Assembly: GCA_028719205.1 (NCBI GenBank)
Contig: JAQUKH010000013.1
Location: 1 to 58,133 of the forward strand
Reading direction: 5' to 3'
Origin: a bacterium
GTDB taxonomy: Bacteria; JACRDZ01; JAQUKH01
Length of the DNA: 58,133 bases
Made by a program: the position numbers and the translations under genes. The notes under the pieces are model-generated. The model ran no database searches. It was not told the DNA's origin and saw only the letters and a program-made list of their open reading frames with translations. Positions within the stretch are counted from its first letter, which is position 1. The number at the start of each line of letters is the position of its first letter. Positions 46,618-56,365 of this stretch are shown here, one piece after another.

Positions 46618-47288
46618 TCGAAATAAAAGGGCTGAAAAAAAATTATATGCTCGGAGAAACGACCGTTCTTGCCCTTAGGGGTATTGATTTTAACGTTTCT
46701 GAGGGCGAATTTATAAGTGTTGTCGGGCCTTCCGGAAGCGGTAAAACCACGTTATTAAATATAATAGGATGCGTTGATTTTGCGACTGAAGGAGAGGTGA
46801 AGATCGGCGGAGTTAACTTGAGCGGTTTAAATGATAAAGAGATCACGGACCTGAGATTGAATAAGATCGGTTTTATTTTCCAGACATTTAACCTAATCCC
46901 GGTTTTGAATGTTATTGAGAATGTGGAATTTCCTCTTCTCTTAATGAAAAAATTTACGGCGGCGGAGGTAAGAAAACGGGCGGAAAAATTGATCGAGGAA
47001 GTAGGTTTAAAAGAATTCATCGCCCACAGGCCTGCTGAATTGTCAGGAGGCCAGCGACAGAGGGTGGCGATCGCGCGGGCTTTGGTGACAAATCCGGACA
47101 TTGTCCTCGCGGATGAGCCGACGGCAAACCTGGATTCCGTGACAGGCGCGTCGATCCTTGAATTAATGAAGGAAATGAACCAGATCGAAAAAACCACATT
47201 TGTTTTTTCGACGCATGACGCGAATGTTCTAAAGTATGCTCAGAAGGTCATTAAAATAAAAGACGGAAAAATAGTGGATGGAGAATAA
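46614..47288 (+). CDS. ABC transporter ATP-binding protein (LolD/MacB type)
   Basis: Start MIEIKGL after GAGGAG; GPSGSGKTT, LSGGQRQR, LADEPT, STHD. Confidence 0.95.
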   Translation: MIEIKGLKKNYMLGETTVLALRGIDFNVSEGEFISVVGPSGSGKTTLLNIIGCVDFATEGEVKIGGVNLSGLNDKEITDLRLNKIGFIFQTFNLIPVLNVIENVEFPLLLMKKFTAAEVRKRAEKLIEEVGLKEFIAHRPAELSGGQRQRVAIARALVTNPDIVLADEPTANLDSVTGASILELMKEMNQIEKTTFVFSTHDANVLKYAQKVIKIKDGKIVDGE

Positions 47289-48824
47289 ATGGGCTTAATA
47301 TTTAAAATTGCCTGGCGGAATATATTCCGCCATAAAGGAAAAAGTTTTGTGATCGGGACGATCCTTTTTCTCGGGGCGCTGTTCATGACTTTGGGAAATG
47401 GCGTCATTTCCGGTATGGACAGGGGATTGACTAAAAATATAATAGAGGGTTTTACGGGGCATATTGTTATTATTTCAGATAAACAGGAAACGGACAATGT
47501 GCTTTTTACCCTGATGGGCAAACCGATCGAGGCAATAGGTAATTTTATTGAAATAAAAAAAGTTTTGAATAAAGAGGATTACATTGATAAATATCTGCCC
47601 GTTGGCAGGAATCTGGCGATGCTTTTAAATGAAGAAGGCGGTTCCCCCGGGAACGGATTCCTTTTGGGTGTTGACTTCGCGAAATACAGGGCAATGTTCC
47701 CTGATAATATCAAGCCGGTTGAGGGTACAATTCCGGAAAAAAACGAAAAAGGTGTGATCCTGCCTTCGTTCGCGAGAAAAGAATTTTATGGATATACGAA
47801 TATCTGGTTTGTGCCCACGGGCGGTAAATTGATAGAGGAAAATTTCAAAAAGGAAACGAAGGAAAAAGAAGAACCTGTTGGTATAAAAGTAAAAGACAGC
47901 ATGGTTGTTATGGGATTTAATGACAAAAATACCACTATGGATGTAAGGGTTAATGTCAGGGCGGTTGTAAGATATAACACGCTGAATACGATCTTCGGAC
48001 ATTTCGCGCTTATTGATATTGAATCCTATAGAGAAGCATTCGGTTATTTTTCCGCGGAGTCAAAGGCTTCTGAGATATCCGAAGATAAGAAGAAACTGCT
48101 TGATATGGGTAATGAAAATCTGGATATGTTATTTTCGGAAAACACATTAATGACGGAAAATAAAAGTAACGGAAAAGCGGATGTAAAATTTACGCCGGCT
48201 GTTAAGCAGGAGAAGAGCGAAGTTGTTGATGTTGATACCGGCGCTTATAATCTTGTATTTATAAAACTTAAAAAAGGTATTTCAATAGATGACGCGTTAT
48301 TGAAAATGAATAAGGACCTAAAGTCCGCGAATCTTGGGGTCAGGGCTGTATCCTGGAAAAAGGCGTTTGGTTTGATCGGAAGCATGTCGACGGTTATTAA
48401 AGGCGCCCTATTTCTTTTTGTAATGCTGCTTTTTGTCGTGGCTGTCATAATAATTGTCAATACCTTAAGTATGGCGGCGATCGAAAGAACCCCCGAGATA
48501 GGCATGATGAGGGCGGTCGGGGCAAGAAAAAGTTTTATAAGCAATATGTTCCTCGCGGAAACAGGTATGCTCTCATTTGTTTTTGGAGGGGCGGGAGTTA
48601 TTGTCGGAATTATAACTGTAAATCTTCTCCCGTTGTTTAAAATAACATCAGAGAATGATATGGTCCAGCTTTTATTCGGCGGAGACATGTTTTATCCAGT
48701 GTTGTCCATGTCCGATATTATGCTTTCATTTTTACAGCTTGCGATAGTTACTTTTGCCGCAGTTATATATCCTATAAAAGTAGCGAAGAGTATTACGCCG
48801 CTGGACGCGATCGTAAGAGATTAA
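47289..48824 (+). CDS. ABC permease, LolE/FtsX type
   Basis: KIAWRNIFRHK, large periplasmic domain, ERTPEIGMMRAVG, YPIKVAKSITPLDAI. Confidence 0.92.
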   Translation: MGLIFKIAWRNIFRHKGKSFVIGTILFLGALFMTLGNGVISGMDRGLTKNIIEGFTGHIVIISDKQETDNVLFTLMGKPIEAIGNFIEIKKVLNKEDYIDKYLPVGRNLAMLLNEEGGSPGNGFLLGVDFAKYRAMFPDNIKPVEGTIPEKNEKGVILPSFARKEFYGYTNIWFVPTGGKLIEENFKKETKEKEEPVGIKVKDSMVVMGFNDKNTTMDVRVNVRAVVRYNTLNTIFGHFALIDIESYREAFGYFSAESKASEISEDKKKLLDMGNENLDMLFSENTLMTENKSNGKADVKFTPAVKQEKSEVVDVDTGAYNLVFIKLKKGISIDDALLKMNKDLKSANLGVRAVSWKKAFGLIGSMSTVIKGALFLFVMLLFVVAVIIIVNTLSMAAIERTPEIGMMRAVGARKSFISNMFLAETGMLSFVFGGAGVIVGIITVNLLPLFKITSENDMVQLLFGGDMFYPVLSMSDIMLSFLQLAIVTFAAVIYPIKVAKSITPLDAIVRD

Positions 48825-48825
48825 T

Positions 48826-48878
48826 GTAGGGGCGCAATTCATTGCGCCCAATCAGGGCTTGATTAATCAAGCCCCTAC
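48826..48878. repeat. Inverted REP doublet between the two permease genes
   Basis: GTAGGGGCGCAATTCATTGCGCCC (identical to 20257-20280), AATCA, then GGGCTTGATTAATCAAGCCCCTAC. Confidence 0.9.
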
Positions 48879-48887
48879 AGGAGATGT

Positions 48888-50654
48888 ATGAATCTAATAT
48901 TGAAAATAAGCTTGAGAAATTTGTTCAGGCAGAAACGCAGGAATGTCCTGCTTGGGATCGCAATCGCCTTTGGCGTGATGATACTTGTTATTGCCAATTC
49001 TTTCGCTAACGGGATCACTGATGTCCTGCTTAATAAGCTTGTAGCCCGTATTGCCGGGCATGTTTCAATAGCCTTCAGCGAAAAAAGCAATTTTAACAGC
49101 CCTATTTTCCGTGACAAGGAAAAAATATTTTCAGTTATAAAAAATAATAATGAAGGCGTGCGTGAGGTTGAAGAAAATGTCGGGGTGTTCGGCAGGGCTA
49201 TAGGAAACGGAAAGGCGGATACTATTATTATCGTTGGGATAGATCTGAGCAAGGAATTAAGCGCGGAAACCAGGAAAGAGATCGAGGAATCATTCCGGAT
49301 GATAGAAGGGACCTTCCAGGACCTTTCAAGAAAGGATGTGGAGAACCCAACAATTGTTTCAGAGGAAAAGGCTAAATATCTTAAGGTGAAAAAAGGCGAT
49401 ATTATAAGAGTCCGGTACACGAATTTATTCGGGAATGACCAGGCGGCCAGGCTTACTATTGTCGGGATATTAAAAAATGACAATGTATTCATGCAGGGCG
49501 TTATTTTCGCGGAACTGGGTAATTTAAAGAAATTGATGGGTTTCAGGCCTTATGAGATAGGGAATATAAGTATCACAATGAATGACGCCCCGAAGAATGC
49601 CGTAAAACTCGCGAATAAAATACATTCGCAGCTAAAACCCGATATCGCAGTTATCTATGGGCAATTGAAATATAATGGGAAAATAATTAACGTATCAACG
49701 CTTGGATTTAAGACGGATGATGAATCTAAAAAAGTTTTGGAGAAAAAAATAAAGGTCATAAATGGCGAAATAGATAAGGTATCGTCCAAGAAAAATGTTT
49801 TAATAAATAAAACACTTTTTGATGCCCTTGGGATCAAGCCGGGTGAATCGTTTGAAATAGTTTATAAAAATAAATTTGAAGATAAAGAAACTATTGTTAA
49901 ATATAATCTCACTGCCGTTTTTGCGGATGATGAAATGACAGATAAAAATATTGTTTTTCTTTCAGAAGATAAATTTTATGAAACTTATTATGACAACCTG
50001 CCGGAAGATCCTAAAAAGATCAAGGATGCTTTTTATCCCAAGGCAAACAGTTCATTAACGGATATACTCGCGACTGAATGGATTTTGCTAAAGAGAACAA
50101 GTACAACTGATGAATTGACAAAAAAATATAAGGATATGGGTAAAGGCAAATGGAAGGCGACGATCGTGGATGTGCAGACTATGTATGAGAGCGCCAGTGA
50201 CGTTCTTAAACTTGAAAAAGCGTTAAACCTTATAACTATAAGCGCGGTACTGGTATTATTTTTTATTATTTTGATCGGCGTTGTAAATACACTGCGTATG
50301 ACGATCCGTGAACGGACGCGCGAGATCGGGACGATAAGGGCGATAGGCATGCAGAAAAATGATGTCAGGAATACCTTTATATTAGAAACATTTTTCCTGA
50401 CATTGTTCGCCTCTTTTATAGGAATAGCGTCTGCTTTTGTTGTAATGCGCCTGCTTTCAACGGTTACATTTAATGTTACGGATAATCCTATGTCGATCCT
50501 GCTGGTAAACAGCCATCTATATTTTTTCCCTACTTTTTTGGGAATATCTTCAAATGTTTTATTTATACTGATAATCGCCGTTGTTACGGCATATTTTCCC
50601 GCGCGCAGGGCCGCGAATTTGTCACCCGCGACGGCATTGAGGCATTATGAATAG
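48888..50654 (+). CDS. ABC permease, LolE/FtsX type
   Basis: KISLRNLFRQKRR, ERTREIGTIRAIG, FPARRAANLSPATALR. Confidence 0.92.
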   Translation: MNLILKISLRNLFRQKRRNVLLGIAIAFGVMILVIANSFANGITDVLLNKLVARIAGHVSIAFSEKSNFNSPIFRDKEKIFSVIKNNNEGVREVEENVGVFGRAIGNGKADTIIIVGIDLSKELSAETRKEIEESFRMIEGTFQDLSRKDVENPTIVSEEKAKYLKVKKGDIIRVRYTNLFGNDQAARLTIVGILKNDNVFMQGVIFAELGNLKKLMGFRPYEIGNISITMNDAPKNAVKLANKIHSQLKPDIAVIYGQLKYNGKIINVSTLGFKTDDESKKVLEKKIKVINGEIDKVSSKKNVLINKTLFDALGIKPGESFEIVYKNKFEDKETIVKYNLTAVFADDEMTDKNIVFLSEDKFYETYYDNLPEDPKKIKDAFYPKANSSLTDILATEWILLKRTSTTDELTKKYKDMGKGKWKATIVDVQTMYESASDVLKLEKALNLITISAVLVLFFIILIGVVNTLRMTIRERTREIGTIRAIGMQKNDVRNTFILETFFLTLFASFIGIASAFVVMRLLSTVTFNVTDNPMSILLVNSHLYFFPTFLGISSNVLFILIIAVVTAYFPARRAANLSPATALRHYE

Positions 50655-50667
50655 GCAGAGCAAAAGA

Positions 50668-50714
50668 ACCTCCCCTAGTCCCCTCCTTGTGAAGAAGGGG
50701 ATAAAAGGGGCGGT
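50668..50714. repeat. Imperfect GC-rich palindrome (second small repeat type)
   Basis: ACCTCCCCT-AG-TCCCCTCCTT-GTG-AAGAAGGGGA-TAA-AAGGGGCGGT. Confidence 0.65.
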
Positions 50715-50733
50715 ATGCATTAAAGGAGCGAGA

Positions 50734-51498
50734 ATGTTAAAAAGATTTTCATTTTTGATATTAATTTTATTATCAACCAGGTCGTTTGCCGAAGGAATAG
50801 ATGTTAATCTGATATTGAAAAAAGTTGAGAACAATCTGGAGATCACTTCAGATATAAAGGCGAACGTAATACTGACACAACAGAAAATAGAGCAGGGTGT
50901 AAAGGTCCTTGAGATGATATATTACCGGAGAGACTCTGATGATTCTTTTCTTATAGTTATGTCCAACCCTGAAGCGGAAAAAGGGAATGGTTATCTTCGA
51001 ATGGGCGACAATTTATGGATGTATCGAAGAAATACAAGGACCTTTCAGCATATTAACCGCGATGAAAGTATCGGCGGGTCGGACGCGAAAGCGGATGATT
51101 TTGAAAAGAGGAAACTTACTGAAACTTACGAATTCGCAAAGGATGAAAAAGGCAAGGAAATTATCAGCGAAGATAAGCTTGGCCAGATACCGGTTTATAA
51201 ATTAGAAATAAAGGCTAAGGTCAATGATGTTGATTACCCGAAAAAAATATATTGGATCAGAAGAGATAACTTCCTGCCCTTGAAAGAAGAATCATATTCG
51301 CTTTCAAATACTTTAATGCAAACAGCGTATTATCTTAAATATACGATCGTTGATAATCGATATGTACCGGTAAATCAGATGTTTATTGATGAGTTTGAAA
51401 AAGGCAATAAAACAGTGGTTGAAATCTCGAATATTTCCACCAAAAAAATCGACAATTCGATCTTTACAAAGGCTTATCTGGAAAATTTAAGCAAGTAA
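50734..51498 (+). CDS. Outer-membrane lipoprotein-sorting (LolA-like) protein
   Basis: AAGGAG RBS before ATG 50734; signal peptide; NPEAEKGNGYLRMGDNLWMY, SIGGSD, FTKAYLENL. Confidence 0.85.
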   Translation: MLKRFSFLILILLSTRSFAEGIDVNLILKKVENNLEITSDIKANVILTQQKIEQGVKVLEMIYYRRDSDDSFLIVMSNPEAEKGNGYLRMGDNLWMYRRNTRTFQHINRDESIGGSDAKADDFEKRKLTETYEFAKDEKGKEIISEDKLGQIPVYKLEIKAKVNDVDYPKKIYWIRRDNFLPLKEESYSLSNTLMQTAYYLKYTIVDNRYVPVNQMFIDEFEKGNKTVVEISNISTKKIDNSIFTKAYLENLSK

Positions 51499-51524
51499 GC
51501 AGACAAATATAGTATAATGCTTTT

Positions 51525-52778
51525 ATGGAAAAAATCCTTATTGTAGAAGACAGTAATTTTTTTGGGTCCATACTCAAAAGTAGATTAGAACATAATAATG
51601 GATATGAAGTTATGTGGGCCCGCAGCCTGTCTGAAACGGCCCGGATCCTTGAAGATCCAAATAATATATTTCTCGCGGGTATACTTGATTTTAATCTGCC
51701 TGACGCGATGGATGGGGAAATTATAGATGTAGTTGTCAGAAAAAGAATTCCCGTCATTGTTTTTACAGGTAACGCGAATGAAGAAACACGTAATTTAGTC
51801 TGGTCTAAAGATGTAGTTGATTATGTTCTTAAAGAAGACTCCCAAAGCATTGATTATATTCTTTCCATGCTTAACCGCCTTAAAAAAAATGCTGATATAA
51901 AAATAATTGCAGTAGCGGAATCAGACTCGTTCCGTATTATTATAAAAAACCTTCTTAATATACACCAATACAAGGTTTTTACCGCTAATGACGGCAAAAA
52001 GGCCCTGGAATTGCTTTCAACATATCCGGATACAAAACTGGTTATTGCTGAATATAGTATGCCGGGAATGGATGGTTTTGATCTGACAAAAAAAATAAGA
52101 GAAAATTATAAAAGGGAGGATCTTGCTATCATAGGGATTTTATCAGAAAAAGAAAAGGTTTCGGCTGCCCGGTTTTTAAAAAATGGAGCGAATGATTTTA
52201 TTATAAAAGAATCTTTTCTGACCGAGGAGTTTTACAGCCGGATTACCCAGAATATTGAAAACATTGAACGCATAAATACGATCAAGGAAGCATCAATAAA
52301 AGATTTTCTTACAGGGCTTTACAACCGCAGGTATTTTTTTGAATCCGGTAAAAAATTTTTCGCGAATGCCGTCAGAGGCCACCTTAACATAATTTGCGCC
52401 ATGGTGGATATAGATTATTTTAAAAAAGTGAATGATACTTACGGCCATGAAGTAGGTGATATAGCCCTTAGGCATGTTTCCTCGATACTTAATAATAGAA
52501 TGCGAAAAAGCGATATTGTAACAAGATTTGGCGGGGAAGAATTTTGTATCCTGGCTATCAATATGAAAGCGGAAAAGATAAAAGAAATATTTAAAGAGCT
52601 TTGTAAAAAAGTGGAAAGCTCCCCTGTTGAACTGGCCGACAAAAAAAATATAAAAATAACAATCAGTATCGGTGTTTCATCAAAGCTTACTGATAATCTG
52701 GAAGGTATGGTCAAGGAAGCTGATGAGCTCCTTTATAAAGCAAAAACAGCAGGGCGCAATAGAGTGGAAATAGATTAA
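51525..52778 (+). CDS. Diguanylate cyclase REC-REC-GGDEF (PleD-like)
   Basis: Two REC domains; DFLTGLYNRR, DIDYFKKVNDTYGH, RKSD I-site, RFGGEEF. Confidence 0.93.
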   Translation: MEKILIVEDSNFFGSILKSRLEHNNGYEVMWARSLSETARILEDPNNIFLAGILDFNLPDAMDGEIIDVVVRKRIPVIVFTGNANEETRNLVWSKDVVDYVLKEDSQSIDYILSMLNRLKKNADIKIIAVAESDSFRIIIKNLLNIHQYKVFTANDGKKALELLSTYPDTKLVIAEYSMPGMDGFDLTKKIRENYKREDLAIIGILSEKEKVSAARFLKNGANDFIIKESFLTEEFYSRITQNIENIERINTIKEASIKDFLTGLYNRRYFFESGKKFFANAVRGHLNIICAMVDIDYFKKVNDTYGHEVGDIALRHVSSILNNRMRKSDIVTRFGGEEFCILAINMKAEKIKEIFKELCKKVESSPVELADKKNIKITISIGVSSKLTDNLEGMVKEADELLYKAKTAGRNRVEID

Positions 52779-52780
52779 AG

Positions 52781-53962
52781 ATGAATCGAAAATTATTGAA
52801 ATATTTAGTTCTGATTATTTTGATCATAGGGGCAGGTTTTAAACCTGCCCTTTTATTTGTTTACAGCGCGGAATTGGGAGGAAACATCGAAGAAAATATT
52901 TCTTCTTCGGAATTTGATTATCACTTGCGGGGTTATATCGAAGCGTGGCTGTTCTATAAATATTCGATTGATACGGATCGCCTTAAAGTAAAAGTAAAAA
53001 ATGGTGTTGTAACACTTGAAGGGGGAGTATACAGCGATAAGGAAAAAAGAGTAATTCCATTGACGATCCGCTCATTTAAAGGTGTGACTGATGTCGTTAC
53101 CAGGCTGCAGATTTGGCCCAGCCTGGACAATCGATACAAGACTAAGTGGCAGTCATGGGCCGCGTGGCCTGTTCCAAATACGGGCGAGCGCAAGCTGCTT
53201 TTCCCAAAAGGGGATATTTTCGCGCCTCCCTTTGCTGATCCAAAACAACCGAAATTTTTTGCGTCAGTGCAACGGTATAAAACTGAATTTATTACTAATG
53301 ATTTTTTAGCAGTTGGTTTTGGAGAGGAAATCGGGCTTGTCCGCTGGCCGGGTGAATTTGAAGGTGATGGAAAACAGTTAGGTATCAGCGGGGCAGTTTT
53401 AGCTATATTTAATCTGGAAGCAAAATCAAAGGATCTTATTAACGCGGATTATATTATTGGATTTCCATTGAGTGTCAGAAAAGGTGTTTGGTCAGGCCGG
53501 GCCAGGATCTATCATCAGTCATCGCATTTGGGTGATGAATTCCTTTTATTCCCTCAGCCCGGGCCGAAGGTGGAACGGATTAATTTAAGTTTTGAAGCCA
53601 TGGAATTTCTCGGTTCCTGGGAAAAAGGGCGGTTGCGCCTCTATGGCGGAGGAAACCGGATTTTGCAGACGGATACTCCTCTCGATAAAAATCGTTTACA
53701 GAGTGGAATGGAATACCGCTTTACACCCGCGGGTTGGGAGAAGGCCAGTTTGATTTCAGGAATAGACCTTAATGGTATTTTAAAAAACAGCTACTGGGCA
53801 CCTGCCTTAAGTATTAAAGCAGGATTAATGTTCCACAGTCCGTATGATGATATACGCTCATTACAGCTTTTTCTTGAATATTATAAAGGCCGTTCTCCTT
53901 ACGGCCAGTTTTCCGAAAATAAAGTAAGTTATTACGGAATGGGATTTGCCTTTTCTATTTAA
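52781..53962 (+). CDS. BON-like domain + DUF1207-like beta-barrel protein
   Basis: LKVKVKNGVVTLEG...KGVTDV (BON-like); FAPPFADPKQP, DLINADY, RIYHQSSHLGDEF, YYKGRSPYGQF. Confidence 0.72.
   Translation: MNRKLLKYLVLIILIIGAGFKPALLFVYSAELGGNIEENISSSEFDYHLRGYIEAWLFYKYSIDTDRLKVKVKNGVVTLEGGVYSDKEKRVIPLTIRSFKGVTDVVTRLQIWPSLDNRYKTKWQSWAAWPVPNTGERKLLFPKGDIFAPPFADPKQPKFFASVQRYKTEFITNDFLAVGFGEEIGLVRWPGEFEGDGKQLGISGAVLAIFNLEAKSKDLINADYIIGFPLSVRKGVWSGRARIYHQSSHLGDEFLLFPQPGPKVERINLSFEAMEFLGSWEKGRLRLYGGGNRILQTDTPLDKNRLQSGMEYRFTPAGWEKASLISGIDLNGILKNSYWAPALSIKAGLMFHSPYDDIRSLQLFLEYYKGRSPYGQFSENKVSYYGMGFAFSI
52826..52850. repeat. Degenerate REP palindrome in frame in a signal-peptide region
   Basis: ATAGGGGCAGGTTTTAAACCTGCCC (encodes IGAGFKPA). 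Confidence 0.7.
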
Positions 53963-53993
53963 AAATTTCTAAAATTATGTTATTATTTCTTAT

Positions 53994-54467
53994 ATGAATG
54001 CAAGGCCTTTCGTGAAGATTAATATTCGGTCAATAATAATTCTTTCATTGTTAATCCTGCCTTTTATCCGGGTATCCGCGGAAAATAAAGAATTTGAAGA
54101 GAAAAAAATTCAAATTAATGAAAATATTTTGATTGTCGAAATTGCCGATACCGATAGCAAAAGAGAAAAAGGCTTAATGTTCCGCGAAAAATTAGATGAG
54201 AATAGAGGCATGCTTTTTATTTTTGAAACACCTCATTATTACACTTTTTGGATGGAAAATACAAAAATTCCTTTATCCCTGGCTTTTATTGACCAGGATT
54301 TTAAGATCACTGAAATAGTTGATTTGAAACCGCTGGATACAACCCTCGCGGTCCCTTCTAAAAAGATATCCTATGTTCTGGAAATGAATAAGGGCTGGTT
54401 CAAGAAAAATAAAGTTAAGGCAGGAGATATTGTAAATGGAATTAAAAAGGAATCAACTATCAGATAA
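53994..54467 (+). CDS. DUF192 family protein
   Basis: VEIADT...REKGLMFRE, GMLFIF, FWMENTKIPLSLAFID, YVLEMNKGW. Confidence 0.93.
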   Translation: MNARPFVKINIRSIIILSLLILPFIRVSAENKEFEEKKIQINENILIVEIADTDSKREKGLMFREKLDENRGMLFIFETPHYYTFWMENTKIPLSLAFIDQDFKITEIVDLKPLDTTLAVPSKKISYVLEMNKGWFKKNKVKAGDIVNGIKKESTIR

Positions 54468-55791
54468 GTTTTTATTTTTATTTTTTATTATTTTTACATG
54501 TTCCAGTATTTACGCGCAGGAAAAGATCGATGAAAATTCACTGTTTTCAAATCCTGAAATGGGAATTGAGACAACAGGGGTTGTTGATAATAAATCTTCT
54601 GAAGGAGAAAAGCGGTCAGTCGGTTTTTCAGGCCAGATTATAAGTGTTGTGAGTTATACCGGAACAAAGGATTGGATCAATAAAGGTGATGACCGGAATA
54701 ACTATTTTGCGAATTTTATTTTAGGAGATTTTTTTATCGACGTGCGCCTTCCGAAAGGCACAAAAGGTTTTGTCAGTGTTGAAACAAACTTTATTGCTGA
54801 CACAGATACCACAAGTTCATCGCTAAAAGAATTATTTCTTGATTTTAACATAAAAGACAAGGTGTATTTCAGGACTGGCAAGCAGGTTTTGCAGTGGGGC
54901 AGATGCTATTTATGGAACCCGACTGACCTTATTAATATTGAAAAGAAGACTTTTTTCCAGAAGATCGGATCGCGCGAGGGGGCTTATGGAATTAAAATGC
55001 ATATTCCGTTTGGCACAAAATTAAATATCTATAGCTTCATTGATACCGGGAAAACTTCGGATGCTGATTCAACTGCAGTGGCTTCAAAAATAGAATTTTT
55101 AGTGGGAAATACCGAAATGGCTTTTGCCGTATGGGGAAAAAAAGGATATAAACCAGTATATGGTTATGATTTTTCCACAAGGATATTTAAAGTTGATACT
55201 TACGGCGAATTTGCCGCTTCCCACGGGGAGAATCATGACAGAATGATGGTCGAAAATGGTGTCCTCGTAAAATCAAGATCAGCGGATAAGTGGAATCCGC
55301 GGGCAAGTATCGGCTTTAACAAATCGTTTGATTTCCGTGATGTCAATGACAGGATCACAACTACCTTCGAATTTTATTATAACCATACCGGATACAAAGA
55401 GGATATCTTTAATGACGATGTAATTTATCCTTATCAGGATCCAATTGTGCAATTTGACAGTACAGGCGGTATTACACTTAAAACAAGCGGTACTAAAAAG
55501 GATTTTCTGCTGGATAATAATTTATATGAAATGAACAGCCTGTCAAGGTACTACGCGGCGCTATTTACAAGCTATGCAAAATTTATTATAAGCGACCTGA
55601 CATTAAACCTGAACATTATCGGGAACCTGGATGATAAATCTTCTATTTTGACAACAGGTGTTACTTACACGGACATAAACGATTTCACCCTCGGTTTTAA
55701 TATCTATTCATACCTTGGCTATTCCAACCGCGAATATACCTTCTTAAATAACGCGCTGACAGCGCAGGTCACAGCCGGGATTATTTTTTAA
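54436..55791 (+). CDS. Putative outer-membrane beta-barrel protein associated with Lol-like ABC operons
   Basis: Signal peptide; LKELFLDF...FRTGKQVLQWG...WNPTDLIN; terminal aromatic residue (GIIF). Confidence 0.7.
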   Translation: MELKRNQLSDKFLFLFFIIFTCSSIYAQEKIDENSLFSNPEMGIETTGVVDNKSSEGEKRSVGFSGQIISVVSYTGTKDWINKGDDRNNYFANFILGDFFIDVRLPKGTKGFVSVETNFIADTDTTSSSLKELFLDFNIKDKVYFRTGKQVLQWGRCYLWNPTDLINIEKKTFFQKIGSREGAYGIKMHIPFGTKLNIYSFIDTGKTSDADSTAVASKIEFLVGNTEMAFAVWGKKGYKPVYGYDFSTRIFKVDTYGEFAASHGENHDRMMVENGVLVKSRSADKWNPRASIGFNKSFDFRDVNDRITTTFEFYYNHTGYKEDIFNDDVIYPYQDPIVQFDSTGGITLKTSGTKKDFLLDNNLYEMNSLSRYYAALFTSYAKFIISDLTLNLNIIGNLDDKSSILTTGVTYTDINDFTLGFNIYSYLGYSNREYTFLNNALTAQVTAGIIF

Positions 55792-55828
55792 ACTTGAGTT
55801 AAGCGGAAGGTTCCGGGAAGGGGATAAT

Positions 55829-56365
55829 TTATTTTTTGAATATGTCTATTATGCTTTTTGGATACAGGGCTCCGAGGAAAGAGCCGGCAAGACTGCCGGT
55901 CTTTTCTTTTTTATCTATGCTCTTAATAATATCTTCAGCGTTTTTACTTTCCAGAAGGTCGTTTAAAAACTCGGTATCCGTGCATAAACGGTTCAGGTAT
56001 GTAAGGTATTGCAAATGGCTTTCAAGTTTTTTGAAACATAATATGAAAAAAACAAAAGTCGGGTCTTCATCTATTGAGTCAAAGTCAATTCCATCTTTAG
56101 AAATGCCAATACCAATAGCGGGTTTATTTACGATTTCTTCAACATCATATCTGGGATGAAGAAAGGCTACCCCGTCTTCAAGCCCGGTACTGCATAACTT
56201 TTCTCTTTCAATAAGTGAATTAGTAAACCTGTTTTTATCAGTTAAAACATTATCTGCATCAAGCAAATCTACTAATTCTTTAATTACATTTTCTTTATTT
56301 TTTGAGCGTAGATTCGTATTTATGCATTTTATGGAAATTAATGGAAGTATTTTTATATCCTTCAT
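55829..56365 (-). CDS. PTS EIIA-type (fructose/PtsN-like) protein
   Basis: KENVIKELV, EREKLCSTGLEDGVAFLHPR (phospho-His), GIDFDSID, HLQYL. Confidence 0.9.
   Translation of the reverse strand: MKDIKILPLISIKCINTNLRSKNKENVIKELVDLLDADNVLTDKNRFTNSLIEREKLCSTGLEDGVAFLHPRYDVEEIVNKPAIGIGISKDGIDFDSIDEDPTFVFFILCFKKLESHLQYLTYLNRLCTDTEFLNDLLESKNAEDIIKSIDKKEKTGSLAGSFLGALYPKSIIDIFKK
55883..55913 (+). terminator. Possible intrinsic terminator for the + strand operon, lying antisense within the PTS gene tail
   Basis: GCCGGCA-AGAC-TGCCGGT followed by CTTTTCTTTTTT. Confidence 0.4.

Noticed and set aside
18027-48878. CRISPR array or IS ends from the repeated palindromes
   Set aside because: The copies are dispersed, not regularly spaced with spacers, and no cas or transposase gene is present.
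50647-50733. ORF-track N-terminal extension of the LolA-like protein
   Set aside because: It translates the palindromic repeat. The start with an RBS and signal peptide is ATG 50734.
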